Part shown: piece by piece, positions 12,487 through 23,700 of the stretch
How positions within the stretch are numbered: the first letter of the stretch is position 1
Layout: each line of letters starts with the position of its first letter
NCBI GenBank assembly: GCA_030324005.1
Contig: JARDVH010000097.1
Span: 50,481,530 to 50,545,529, forward strand
From: Negaprion brevirostris
Taxonomy: Eukaryota
Direction of reading: 5' to 3'
DNA: 64,000 nt
Translations under genes and position numbers: made by a program
Notes under the pieces: model-generated
Seen by the model: the letters and a program-made list of their open reading frames with translations, nothing else
Told to the model about the DNA's origin: nothing
Databases searched by the model: none

Positions 12487-15054
12487 ATGGCCACTGCTTA
12501 GGCCACAGCAGACTATGATGCCTCTTCATGACGTGGGGTAANNNNNNNNNNNNNNNNNNNNNNNNNNNNNNNNNNNNNNNNNNNNNNNNNNNNNNNNNNN
12601 NNNNNNNNNNNNNNNNNNNNNNNNNNNNNNNNNNNNNNNNNATGCAGAATGTGTGGAGTCGAGCTTTATCCTCTGTCATTTCGGGCAAACAGGAAATGCC
12701 TGCAGATTTCCTCATAGTTCCTGCGCTCACTGCCACAGAACTTTGCGGAATTGGTCACTCGAACAAGTTGAATTCGGACAGATCCCAGCAACTTCTCACT
12801 TCTCCCTCTCCCAGGTGAAACAATAGGTGCCGTGTTCTGGAGCTACATATTAAATAAAACCACAACCATGTTTTGGAAGTGGCAGCACCCGGCACTGATC
12901 CTAGTCCTAGGTAAGAAAATACGGTGTTTGAATTTCAGCATGACGAGAGGTTTTGCAGTTTGTCAACTCTGGCGACTTGAAGGTTTAATGTGACTGGTTA
13001 GAGACAGTTAAAGCTTATCAGTCTATGACTGTGTGAGGATTATTATTGATTACGAATGCATGTTTTGTATCTTTGTTATGGCACAAAAATATTATTTCAA
13101 GTTTATTTTTTCATAATTTCAAGTTTGTTTCATAACTTCATTGCCATGTGAATATTGATGAGACGGTCTCTTGTAGTGATGGATCAAGTTACGAGTCTCA
13201 CATTGTGTATTGCTGGTTGCCCAGCGGTACAGTAATTGTTCAGCAGGGCTTCCTGCCAACTAATTATACTACACAGCATGTTGAGATAGTGTTCACTTAA
13301 GGAGTATTATTAATGGATTTCAACTTATTATTTGGAAAACCTCGGAAAGGAGTCTATCCTTCGAAGTGCAGTGGCTAATGGGATTCAAATGTAAAAAGGC
13401 TAAATCAATTATAGTCTTCATACATCATCTGTGCTTAATAAAAGTCCCAGATTTAGAATTCTTTTCAAATATCTACTGCTCTTCCTTGTTGTCAAGGGTT
13501 GAAAATAGCTCGACAATTCCTTCCGCAGATCATAGCGGATGAAAGCAGTTTTGTCTGATGGTTCGCAAGTGCAAGAAGCACAACCCTTCTGCGGAACAGC
13601 ACCCAGTGGTCCGGGCCTTGCCTTCTACACGTTGATGAAAACAGGCTGCCAACAACGGCAACTACCCAAGTATGAGCTGGGCTCCTCTCAACAGAGTGAG
13701 ACCAAGTAATACAGAAGTTCTGCAGACATGCCTGACTTGTTTCCCTGTATGTGCGAGAAACTTTAGGTTGTACATGAATTGCAATTATCCTGTTTTGGCC
13801 ACAAGTGTAGTGCAACATACAATCATATAATACTTATAAGGTTTTTGGTATTCTGTGTGGAACTATCTCGGTGAACTTTATAAGCATCTCTCCCAGTAGC
13901 TGAATGAAGTAAATGCTTTGTATGGTGTCAAGTTTGCAGGTCAGGATTGCCCTGGGTGCAACCTCTGTTTTATACTGAGTTTGGTGGTTTCAGTTGGGGC
14001 ACTGGCTAGTTGAGGTATTATTGAGCTAGAATAGGAAACCGTGTCCAAGTTCTTACTCCTGCTCAATCTATACTGATCTCTGCTGGCATGTGTGTTGTGT
14101 GGATGTGCAATGTACATGTGGGTTTGAGTTAGCTGGGAGAGGGGTTAAGTTGTTAAAAATCAGAAACCCAACTCCAAGCCACCCACTTCCAGCTATAGCT
14201 GAGGCTGGATGGTTTCTGGCTGACTAACCCACTCCAGGGATGCGGGTTGGCACATTAAATATTATAATGAGGTTCATTCTTCTTCAATGTTTTGAATTGA
14301 ACTGTGAATGACTAGATTTCCCCAGCTGCTGATCACTCTCTGTCCCAGCTTTCTGATCCATTTCTGCCAGGCGTCTAAACTGCTCCCCGTAGATCCTAAC
14401 CTTACAGATCTGCAACATCAACAACCTCACCCCTTGATCACCATCCAACCCCCACAGGTCGATATATTGCCCCTTCATCCTCCTTTAGGCCTATTCCACA
14501 GCCGACTGAGGCATGGAACTACCTTAATCTACTTCATTGGACTGCTCCCCACTTGGCTGGAAATCCAGCCAATCAATCAGGTTGCTTTCTTCCAGGGGAC
14601 TTTGTTGATGATCTACATGCATACTGTTAAGTTAAAACTCTGCAGACTGAGGGGAACCTCTGAATTTCAATACCCTGTGTTCAGCTCCAATGCCACACTT
14701 ACGTGGTTGACTCTTAATTGTTATTGGAGGTGGCTAGCAATGCACTAATTGTACCAACAAGGATGGGCAGACTTCCCAACAATTCTCAAATCTTAACGAT
14801 TAGAAGTAAATCCTACCTTGGACCAAGTCCCTCTCATCAATAGCTTCTGTTTTCCAAATCTACATCAAACCCCCAATAACTTAAATTTAAAATTCCTTCA
14901 CGGCCTTTCTTCTCCTCAGCTTTGTAACACTCTCCAGCACATTAACACCCTTTGCCGCTGCTTTGTCATATCCTCTATTCCTCTAACTCTAGCCTCCTGT
15001 GCATGCCCACCGGGGAATCTTTCGCATCCAATTGAGGGGGTAGCCTGGACTCTG

Positions 15055-15200
15055 GTTTTCCTGTCTCATCAGAAAGGCAGCACCTCAGATTGGGCAACAC
15101 TCCTTCATTACTGCACTGAATGTAAGCCTAGATTTTGTGCAGAAGTCCATGGACTGAAATCTGAATCTGCTTTGCCTCAGAGGCAAGAACGGGGCACTCT
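15055..15200 (-). mobile_element. DeuSINE (SacSINE1-like) 5' fragment
   Basis: Reverse complement reads gcacaaaatctaggcttacattcagtgcagtaatgaaggagtgttgc...gtgctgcctttctgatgagac. Confidence 0.5.
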
Positions 15201-16794
15201 GTTGTAGAAAAGGAGTCTCCAGTTATTAGCCTCTGCTATACAAATAAGGATGTGCAGCAACCTTGGAGTAGATTTTCTGAAACCTGGTACGTGGCCCTCT
15301 GCTTTTGCAGGTTGGAAATTTACAGGCAAAGAGTCCATGGTTTTCGATATGTTTGTAATGGGCCAGTTATCTTGCATAGGGAGGGCTCAGAAAATTTACC
15401 CACTGTGTACACATTTTGCCAGCATGTTTTATTGCCATAATAAAGGGCAGCGTCCTAAGTTATGGATGCAAGGCTGGTCAAATTACCACGCCAATTCTTG
15501 CCAAAGTCAATTTTACACAAAATTCATTTTACATCTGCTTTCAGCATGTGTAGAAATTTTATAAACATACATTCAGTGTCTGTTATGTAGGCATTTAAAA
15601 ATTGACCAAGGAACTGATTTCCCTGCTGAAAGATTCAATATTTATTCAATTTATATACGAACAAGCAGACACTGTAGAGTTACTTAGCTCCTTCCTGTTA
15701 CTTTAGCGTTTTGTTATTTTTGGGCAGATATGCTTGATGTGCTTTGTCAAGTAAAATCATGACCCTATTTGTAATGAACTCTTATGATTTGCTATTGATT
15801 GCACGCAAGGTAAACATCCCCATGATAACTTATTTTACTCCTATTTTATCTCAATTACTACTGTACTTTTAGATCAGGAAACAAAGACTGGTTTGCATTA
15901 GATAGTCCTTTACTCTTCCCATTTATGCTGTGCCACGAACAATAATAAAAAGTGGGTTTGTTTGGGCAGGGCAGGTTCTGCCAATTTCCTGAATAAGAAC
16001 TCCCCGACATTTCACTGTCGACATTCTCAACTACCATTCCACAAAATGCTGTTTTATTTTCATTGATTTAAAGCAGTGTCATATTTGCAACTCTGGGATC
16101 TGGAATTTGCAAACACCTACTTGAATGACCTCCCTCTTGCAATGTAGCGTAACATGGACCGTGTGATTAGTATATTTAAATTTAAACCTGAACCATCCCA
16201 ATTTTGAATACAATGCCTGTGACCTCAGTTAGATATTGCCATTATCACACTGCTTTGTTCATAACTTAGCTATTTATAAAACTAATGTACAATTGCAATC
16301 TTGATATTGGCAGATTGAATTTCTTCCTGATCTCCTCCTAGGTTTGGTAAAATATAATTAAATAGCCAACAGCAGACTAGCTGGAATTGGAACATTTGCT
16401 AGATAACAACAATCCACATTCTGCATTCTTCTCAACGATTTCTCTTCCATGGTCCACCCCCAAGGGCAATGCACTCATGGTACTCCATATCCAAATGTTG
16501 TAAGTCCATCTCTTGCAATAGATTTCCTCAGTTACATCCAATGCGTCCCAGAGTTCAAAATCTGACAGTATATCTTGCATAGAATCATATTACTGTCAAG
16601 TTGAATATAAATAGATAAAAGGATGTGTAAATCTTGGTAAAGCCACTTGATGTTTGTCTTATTAGCACTCAATAACTTACATTCTACTTGTTTGATCCAT
16701 TTCCTCCTTAATGTTGCCAGGCTAGCTCTAACACTAATGAAATTCCCTAAGTAGTGATACAGCCACAAAAAGCTTTCCTGGCATCTTAGATACT

Positions 16795-17385
16795 TTTTTT
16801 TATTCACCCATGTTGAAGTGAGCATCTCTGGCAAAGCCAAGAGTCCATCTGATGCAGGTGCACCAACAGTGATGTTAGAAAGGGAGTTCCAGGATTTTGA
16901 TTCACTAACAGTAAAGAAATGATGATGTAGTACAAGATGGTATGTGGTCCAAAGAGGAACTTTAAGCATGTTCCACCTGTCTGCTTCCCTTGTCCTTCTA
17001 TGTGCTAGAGGTCACAAATTTGGAAAGTGCTGTCAAAGGAGCCTAGGTGAATTGCTGCAGTACATCCTTTATGTAGTACACACTGCTGCTATCATGTGTC
17101 AGTGGTGAAGGGAATGGCTGTTTAAGGTGGTGGAAGGAGTACTGATGAAATAGTTTGCTTTGTCCTAGATGTTGTTATTTTACTCCGATGTTGTTTGAGC
17201 CTCACTTATTTGGGCAAGTGGAGAGTATTCCATTACACCCCTGTATGTGCTTTGTAGATCATAGACAGAGACAGGAGGTGAGTTGCTGCAGCATTCCTAG
17301 CCTCTGGCATCTTCCTGTAGCAACACGACGTATATGGCCAGCCTGGTTCAGTTCTGATTAATCATAACTCCCAGGAAGTTGATAG
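16795..17385 (-). mobile_element. LINE 3' portion (2030-type family), antisense
   Basis: agggagttccaggattttga...acagtaaagaa and gtacacactgctgct motifs. Confidence 0.7.
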
Positions 17386-17394
17386 AAAGTTGGC

Positions 17395-17506
17395 ACGATG
17401 GCATGATGGCACAGTAGTTAGCAGTGCTGCCTCACAGCATCAGGGACCCAGGTTTGAGTCTTGACTTGGTTCATGTGACAATAATAAGTCAAATCAAACC
17501 AAATCA
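17395..17506 (+). mobile_element. Very short tRNA-headed SINE with a catgtgacaataataa(atca)n tail
   Basis: Head ggcacagtagttagcagtgctgcctcacagc...ggtttgagtc is joined directly to the tail. Confidence 0.6.
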
Positions 17507-17509
17507 TTC

Positions 17510-17848
17510 CAGGGCTTGAGCACTCAAATCAGGACTGGCCAATGAGTAGTGCGCCATTGGAAGCATTATTTTTTGGATGAACTTGGGTTTTGTTTAGGTA
17601 GATATTAAAGACCCCATGGCACTATTTTGAAGAAGAACAGGGAAGATATTCTGGCCAATACGTACAATAATCGATTATCTAGCCATTGTCACATTGCTGT
17701 TTGTGTGTGTTTTCTGAGCACACATTGGCTGTCATGATTCCTACATTACAACAGCAACCACACTCCAAAAGTCCTTCATTGACTGTAAAGCACTTTGAGA
17801 TATCAAGTGGTTATGAAAAGCATGATCCAAATGCCAGTCTTTCTTTTC
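17510..17848 (+). mobile_element. DeuSINE (SacSINE1/AmnSINE1-related Deu domain)
   Basis: cccatggcactattttgaagaagaacagg...gattatct...cacattgctgtttgtg...cctacattacaacag...tgtaaagcactttg...gtctttctttt matches the Deu domain as recalled. Confidence 0.7.
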
Positions 17849-17850
17849 CT

Positions 17851-18340
17851 GTTTATTTCATTAATTACTGTCACATGTATCAGGATTCAGTGAAAAGAAT
17901 TGTTTTTTGCGTGCTATAAAGTCAAAACATATCATTCATAGAGTACATGAATGTACAGAATTACATTAATGGACATTAGTACTATGAAGGTGCAGAATTA
18001 ATGTTACAGTCATAGTTAGGGTGTAGAGAAAGATCAGGTTAATACATGGTTAGACCACTTAAAGGCTGATGGCAGCAGGGAAGAAGCTGAGTCGGTTGGT
18101 ATGTGATCTCAGACTTTCGTATCTTTTTCCTAAAAGAAGAAGGTGGATGAGTGTAAATCTGGGATGCCTGTGGTCCTTAAATATGCTGGTTATTTTTCAA
18201 AGGCAGCGGGAAGTGTAGACGGAGTCAATGGATGGGAGGCTGGTTTGTGTGATGCACTGGGCTTCATTCATGACCTTCTGTAGTTTCTTGCGGTCTTGGT
18301 CAGAGTAGGAGCCTTACCAGGCTGTGATACAACCGGAAAG
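17851..18340 (-). mobile_element. Rex1/Babar-type LINE 3' end
   Basis: Minus strand encodes LSGCITAW.GSYSDQDRKKLQKVMNEAQCITQTSLPSIDSVYTSRCL, typical of the Rex1 ORF C-terminus. Confidence 0.75.
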
Positions 18341-18994
18341 AAGAAGTAACATGTAACCCAATTCCTGCAATGCTTGTGTTGACAAGGAAACAAACCCAGT
18401 AACAAATAAGCCAGCACTTAGCTGGAATGTTTGCCTCCCACTAAATACACTCTCATAGTGCTCACCTACTCTTTCTCATCTGAACTGAATGGAGCCTTCA
18501 GAGTATTTTTGTCTGAACTTGCCATCTCATTCGGCAGACACTACTGACAGGTTTTTAACTCTTGTGTCCCTATGGTGTATGCTGTGCACAAGTTTGGATT
18601 TCAATCAAAAAATTCTGCTTCATGTTTATTTTCACTTGTTCTAAAAGGTGCATTTCTTGCAGCTTAAATCAGTCTTATTCAGTAACTTCAATTATTTATT
18701 CAACACTATTTATTTCTGTACTTAGCTTGATTAGAGTGCTGTGCTTTGAATGACTATAATTGCTGTGAAGAAATAAGGTGATCTAAGAAAATGAATAAAA
18801 TGATAAGGATTCTGTGGAAGACCAGATATGTGCTTTATAACAAGACACTGTTGATATGACAGATTCGAAGTTCAGCACGTCAAAATTGTCATGGCATTGT
18901 ATGGAAGAAGTTTGCAGTCCTTTAGTTAACTGACAAGGGCATGTAACAATATCTGCAGAATATGTCTAACAAAACAAGACAAACTCTCAAATCA

Positions 18995-19465
18995 CATAGA
19001 AACATACAAGATAGGAGCAATAGGAGGCCACTTGGTCCTTTGAGCCTGCTCCACCATTCATCATGATCATGGCTGATTGTCCAAGTCAATAGCCTAATCT
19101 TGTTTTCTCCCCATCACCTTTGATCCCGTTCACCCCAAGTGCTATATCTAGCTGCTTCTTGAATACATTCAATGTTTTGGCATCAATGATGTTCCGTGGT
19201 AATGAATCCACAGCTCACCACTCTTTGGGTGAAGAAATGTCTCCTCATCTCCATCCTAAATGGTCTACCCCAAATCCTTAGACTGTGACCCCTGGTTCTG
19301 GACTCCCCCCACCATCGGGAACATCCTCCCTGCACCTGCTCTGTCTAGTCCTGTTAGCATTTTATAAGTCTCTACGAGATCTCCCTCATTCATCTGAACT
19401 CCAGCGAAAGCAATCCTAACCCAGTCAATCTCTCCTCATACATCAGTCCCACCATCCCTGGAATC
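18995..19465 (-). mobile_element. CR1-type LINE 3' fragment ~330 bp upstream of the 7TM exon
   Basis: catagaaacatacaagataggagca...gagcctgctccaccattca tail plus RT C-terminal remnants. Confidence 0.75.
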
Positions 19466-19791
19466 CCCAGAATTCTGCTAACTGGACTGAAAGCTTTGAC
19501 AAGGAGAGTAGAGACCTAGTTTAGGTATGGATATTGAAATGTGGGCATGCTGCTGTGACAGAGATAATTGAATTAATATCCTTTAATTATTAATACTAAT
19601 TAATTATTCCTATGTTTCTATGGAATGTGACAGGAATGAATTGAAGATTGTCCAACAACCCTTCAAGGAAATATCATAACAGCGAGGATTCTCCGGTTTT
19701 CTCACCATAGGTTACTTCAGTTTGGACACAGTTAATTGGTTTATATACAATATTATTTTCAAAAGGCTTTTTTTCTCTCTTTCTTTTACAG

Positions 19792-20731
19792 ACTGCGAAA
19801 GAATTCCAGTGAAATACCTTAGGTGGGGAGATCCCGAGCCCATTGCTGCAGTTGTCTTTGCCTGTCTGGGTCTCCTAGCCACCATGTTTGTAATGTTTAT
19901 ATTCATGGTGTACCGGGATACCCCTGTGGTCAAGTCATCCAGCCGGGAGCTTTGCTACATCATTTTAGTGGGGATCTTCCTCGGTTACCTGTGCACCTTC
20001 TCTCTCATCGCCAAACCCCAAAAGATTTACTGTTATCTTCAGAGGATTGGAATTGGTCTGTCCCCTGCGATGAGCTACTCCGCCCTGGTGACAAAAACCA
20101 ACCGGATTGCAAGAATCCTTGCTGGCAGCAAGAAGAAGATCTGTACCAAGAAGCCCAGGTTTATGAGTGCTTGTGCCCAGCTAGTGATTGCGTCAATGCT
20201 GATATGTATTCAGTTAGGGATAATTGTTTCCCTTTTTATAATGGAGCCACCAGAAGTCATTTATGATTACCCAACTATCCGTGACGTCAAGCTGATATGT
20301 AACACCACCAACATAGCCGTGGTTGCTCCTCTTGGATACAATGGCCTGTTGATTTTAAGCTGTACCTTCTATGCTTTTAAAACTCGGAACGTCCCTGCCA
20401 ACTTCAATGAAGCCAAGTACATTGCATTTACCATGTACACCACCTGTATCATATGGCTCGCCTTTGTACCCATCTACTTTGGAAGCAACTATAAGATCAT
20501 TACCATGTGTTTCTCTGTCAGTCTAAGTGCCACGGTAGCACTGGGCTGTATGTTTGTTCCAAAGGTGTATATCATCTTGGCTAAACCAGAACGGAATGTG
20601 CGCAGCGCATTTACCACATCCACTGTTGTCCGAATGCATGTCGGTGATGGGAAGTCATCTTCTGCCGCGAGCCGTTCCAGCAGTTTGGTTAACCTATGGA
20701 AAAGGAGAGGATCATCAGGGGAAACTCTAAG
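19792..20731 (+). CDS. GRM5: Metabotropic glutamate receptor 5, 7-transmembrane-domain exon (940 bp)
   Basis: Acceptor ttttctctctttcttttacag|AC TGC, donor CTA AG|gtaaga. Translation CERIPVKYLRWGD...VVKSSSRELCYII...KTRNVPANFNEAKYIAFTMYTTCIIWLAFVPIYFG...AFTTSTVVRMHVGDGK...RRGSSGETL is a class C GPCR. TTST (rather than mGluR1 TTSD), GLSPAMSY and RRGSSGETL identify mGluR5. Confidence 0.98.
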
Positions 20732-23700
20732 GTAAGAATAAGAAGAGTATTAGATTGTGATAACATGAACCAAATCACAAAATCTTGTAAAATGTTCATT
20801 CTGCATTGATATGGATTATGCTGTACATTCCATCTCATTTTGCCCTGGGTGTATATCTACCAATAAAGGGAAATTAGATAAGTGTAAATGCAAAAAGAAA
20901 TGTGATGACAGTCCAAGATTATCCTGTGGGATATTTGCATACAAATGTTCACTGTACCAGTTTGAGATTCACTTTGTTGCAATTGTAGTGGTGGCAGAAC
21001 CCATTTATTTTAAATTAGCTTACACATTACTATATTATAACTGGGTTGCAAAATTTGCTATAAATATTTAATCAGATACAAGATGCTGGGGAAAAACATT
21101 TCTGTGCATCAATTTCATCAGTTACACAGCATGAAAAGGGTTACTTTTTCCTGATGATCAAATATTTTCCAAACGATTCAGTCTTTGTGGAAGAGAGTAA
21201 TCTGATAAGTAAAGTAGGCAGGTTTGGGGCACTATTAGGGATTATCCAATGATTGATTGGCTGTTAGCAGAAGCTGGAGCAGCAGAGCAGTCACTGGGAG
21301 TGGGGATCCTTTCCACTTAGTTCTGGATAACACTGCAAGTCAGTGGTTCAATTGTAACATGGTCCTGGCAGGACAGATAATGGGATTTTACTTCGTTAAA
21401 TTATGGCAGGCAGACACGTATTTTGGGACAGATTTAATTTTCATTGCCCAGCAGCATCTCAAGTTTGCAATTAGTCTCCCATGAAATAATGATCATGGCT
21501 GACTCCATCTCCCCTGACATAATGGACCAAATAACTTGGCAGAATGCGTAACAGATGCACAACTGATCCACAACACTAACATTAGAGACTCCTGATGAAT
21601 GTTAGGTCCTGCCTCTTTCAGTGCTTACACCTTGGCTGCTGGTAACCTGCACCTATATTTTGTGGAATTGTGTAGTTTTAAGCAGGGACTGTGTGTACTC
21701 CATATCAGGCAAGAAGAACTTGAGGAAGGATTTGTTGTTGGCGATTGGAGGTCTTGGAGAACAAGCAGGGATCCCCATGTTGAGGAAGGCCACTGGAATT
21801 AAGTATCCAGCGGGCATTTAGCTGGTCTGCATTGGATGCCCCCTGGCAGTTAAGGCCAGTGGGCCAAGGTGCCACCCTCTCAAGAGCTGCCAGCCAATGG
21901 AGGCCAATGATTGGCTGTCAGTATTCCGTTGTTCACCATCACCACTGGGAGCAGTGACTGCTGCTGGTAATACCCCAACCGAGATTGAGGGGGGACCCAG
22001 GCCACAGGGAGTGAGGATTGGATGGAACCGGAGGAGGGAATCGCTGGCCAGGAGGCTCAGCAGCAGCAGGTTGTGGCAAGGGCAGGGGTTGGTTCTCAGC
22101 GCCACGCATCACTTCCTGAAGTTGGATCCCCATTTGCGACTCCTCTGCTTGCTGCTGGTTGAATGCCAGTTCAGAAAGGTTCATCGTCCCACCTTGGACT
22201 TAAACAGGTGGGGACAGTAAGGCAGCAGGGTCCCCACCCTCGTCCCTCTGTCTGATTAAATACCCCACCTACGGCCATACTCTCTTCTGGAGGGTATTAA
22301 GCACCACCATGTCGATGTGGATTGTTCAGTAGTTTGGTTTAGAAACTTTTAACCAAAGGTTTCAATATATTGCCAACACCCAGCTGACAAAGAAAAATTT
22401 TAACAACATCATTTGTAAATCTCCCGTTAGTCACAGTGTGTGTTGTAAGGTGGTTTCACAGGCTTTATTTATAGTTGCAGCACTATTTCAGAGTCTCCCT
22501 ACAGGGAGTTAAGGAAGTTCAGATAAAGATCTTTGCTAAGATTACAAAAAAAGCAAGTGTATTTCAATATATTCTGATATTTAATTACTCATCTGGTTGG
22601 TGCTGAGGTCCCTGCTGTGGTCAGATTGAATTTCCTACCTGAGATACTGCTCGCCAATCAAAGGCTGGCAGATCTCAAGCACTGACTGTGCCAGCAGGTG
22701 ACCAATCCTACCAGAAGAGGCTCAGGCTGCAGGTTCATTGCTGGAGCATAGAGGGGAAGGCCGCTTCACTGAGGCAAGTCGAGGTGGCAGAGGAAGAAGA
22801 AGGTTAATTTGTGGGCCGTCCTTGCACCAAAACATTTCTCTGTTGGGCATGGGCTAACCAAGTGAAAGCAAATCCTCCCACCAGGCTGCAGGCATAACCA
22901 CCAGAGTAGACCAGGCTGCCCATGACCCTTCCCACTCTGGACTTAATCCAGGGGGTGTCAAGAAGGCAACAGAGTTTCAACCCTCCGCCTCCATCCCACC
23001 AACCAGCTGTCTCACTTTAGATGTTTGAAAAACCCAAAAGTGAAATACTAACTTTGCACCTGAGTTTAAAGAATCATGGCAAAGTCCACTTCAAAAATAA
23101 ATGGGTTGCTGACCTGATAACAGCCTCTCCAATGGTTCTGTTTAGGTAAAATTCCACACATTGGCTCTCATCCTGGATGCTAAATTGTTTTCACAATACA
23201 GGAACGAATATCCACTTGTTTAAAAAATTGAAAAAAAATTGTGATTGAGCCTCCAACAAAGTAGTTTGTAATGGTGTCGCCAAAGGAGTATCACACTGCT
23301 ATGTGCTGGCTTCAGATCAGGACCTGATTTGAGTTATACTGATACTTTTCCGTTGTTAAGTGGCACTCTTCATTTTGGGGTCACCCTGTTAATTTAAGTT
23401 TAATCTAGATCCTTATATTGTAGCTGTGGATTCCCTTGGCAGGAAAGCTATTGATTAAGTTTGAAACTTCATAATAACATGAATGATGTAATGAAGCCTT
23501 TATATAGAACAGTCAAGCCAATGTGTTGACAACTCAATACTTTGAGTGCTATAGGGGAAGTAAAAGACTAGAGGGCTACTTTGACAGTAATTGCATTTGA
23601 AATAAATGTCTTAAGATTGACATTAATTGAATTTAAACAGCTAGGAAATAAACTTGCGTTAAAATCATGAGTCATATGAGTTTTGCACAAGACATGTAAT

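Noticed and set aside
19722-19791. N-terminal extension of the 337-aa ORF
   Set aside because: Intronic polypyrimidine tract read in frame; the true exon starts at 19792.
1-19791. Upstream GRM5 cysteine-rich-domain exon
   Set aside because: No CCWxC-type coding segment was found by eye; it probably lies upstream of the window or in a gap.
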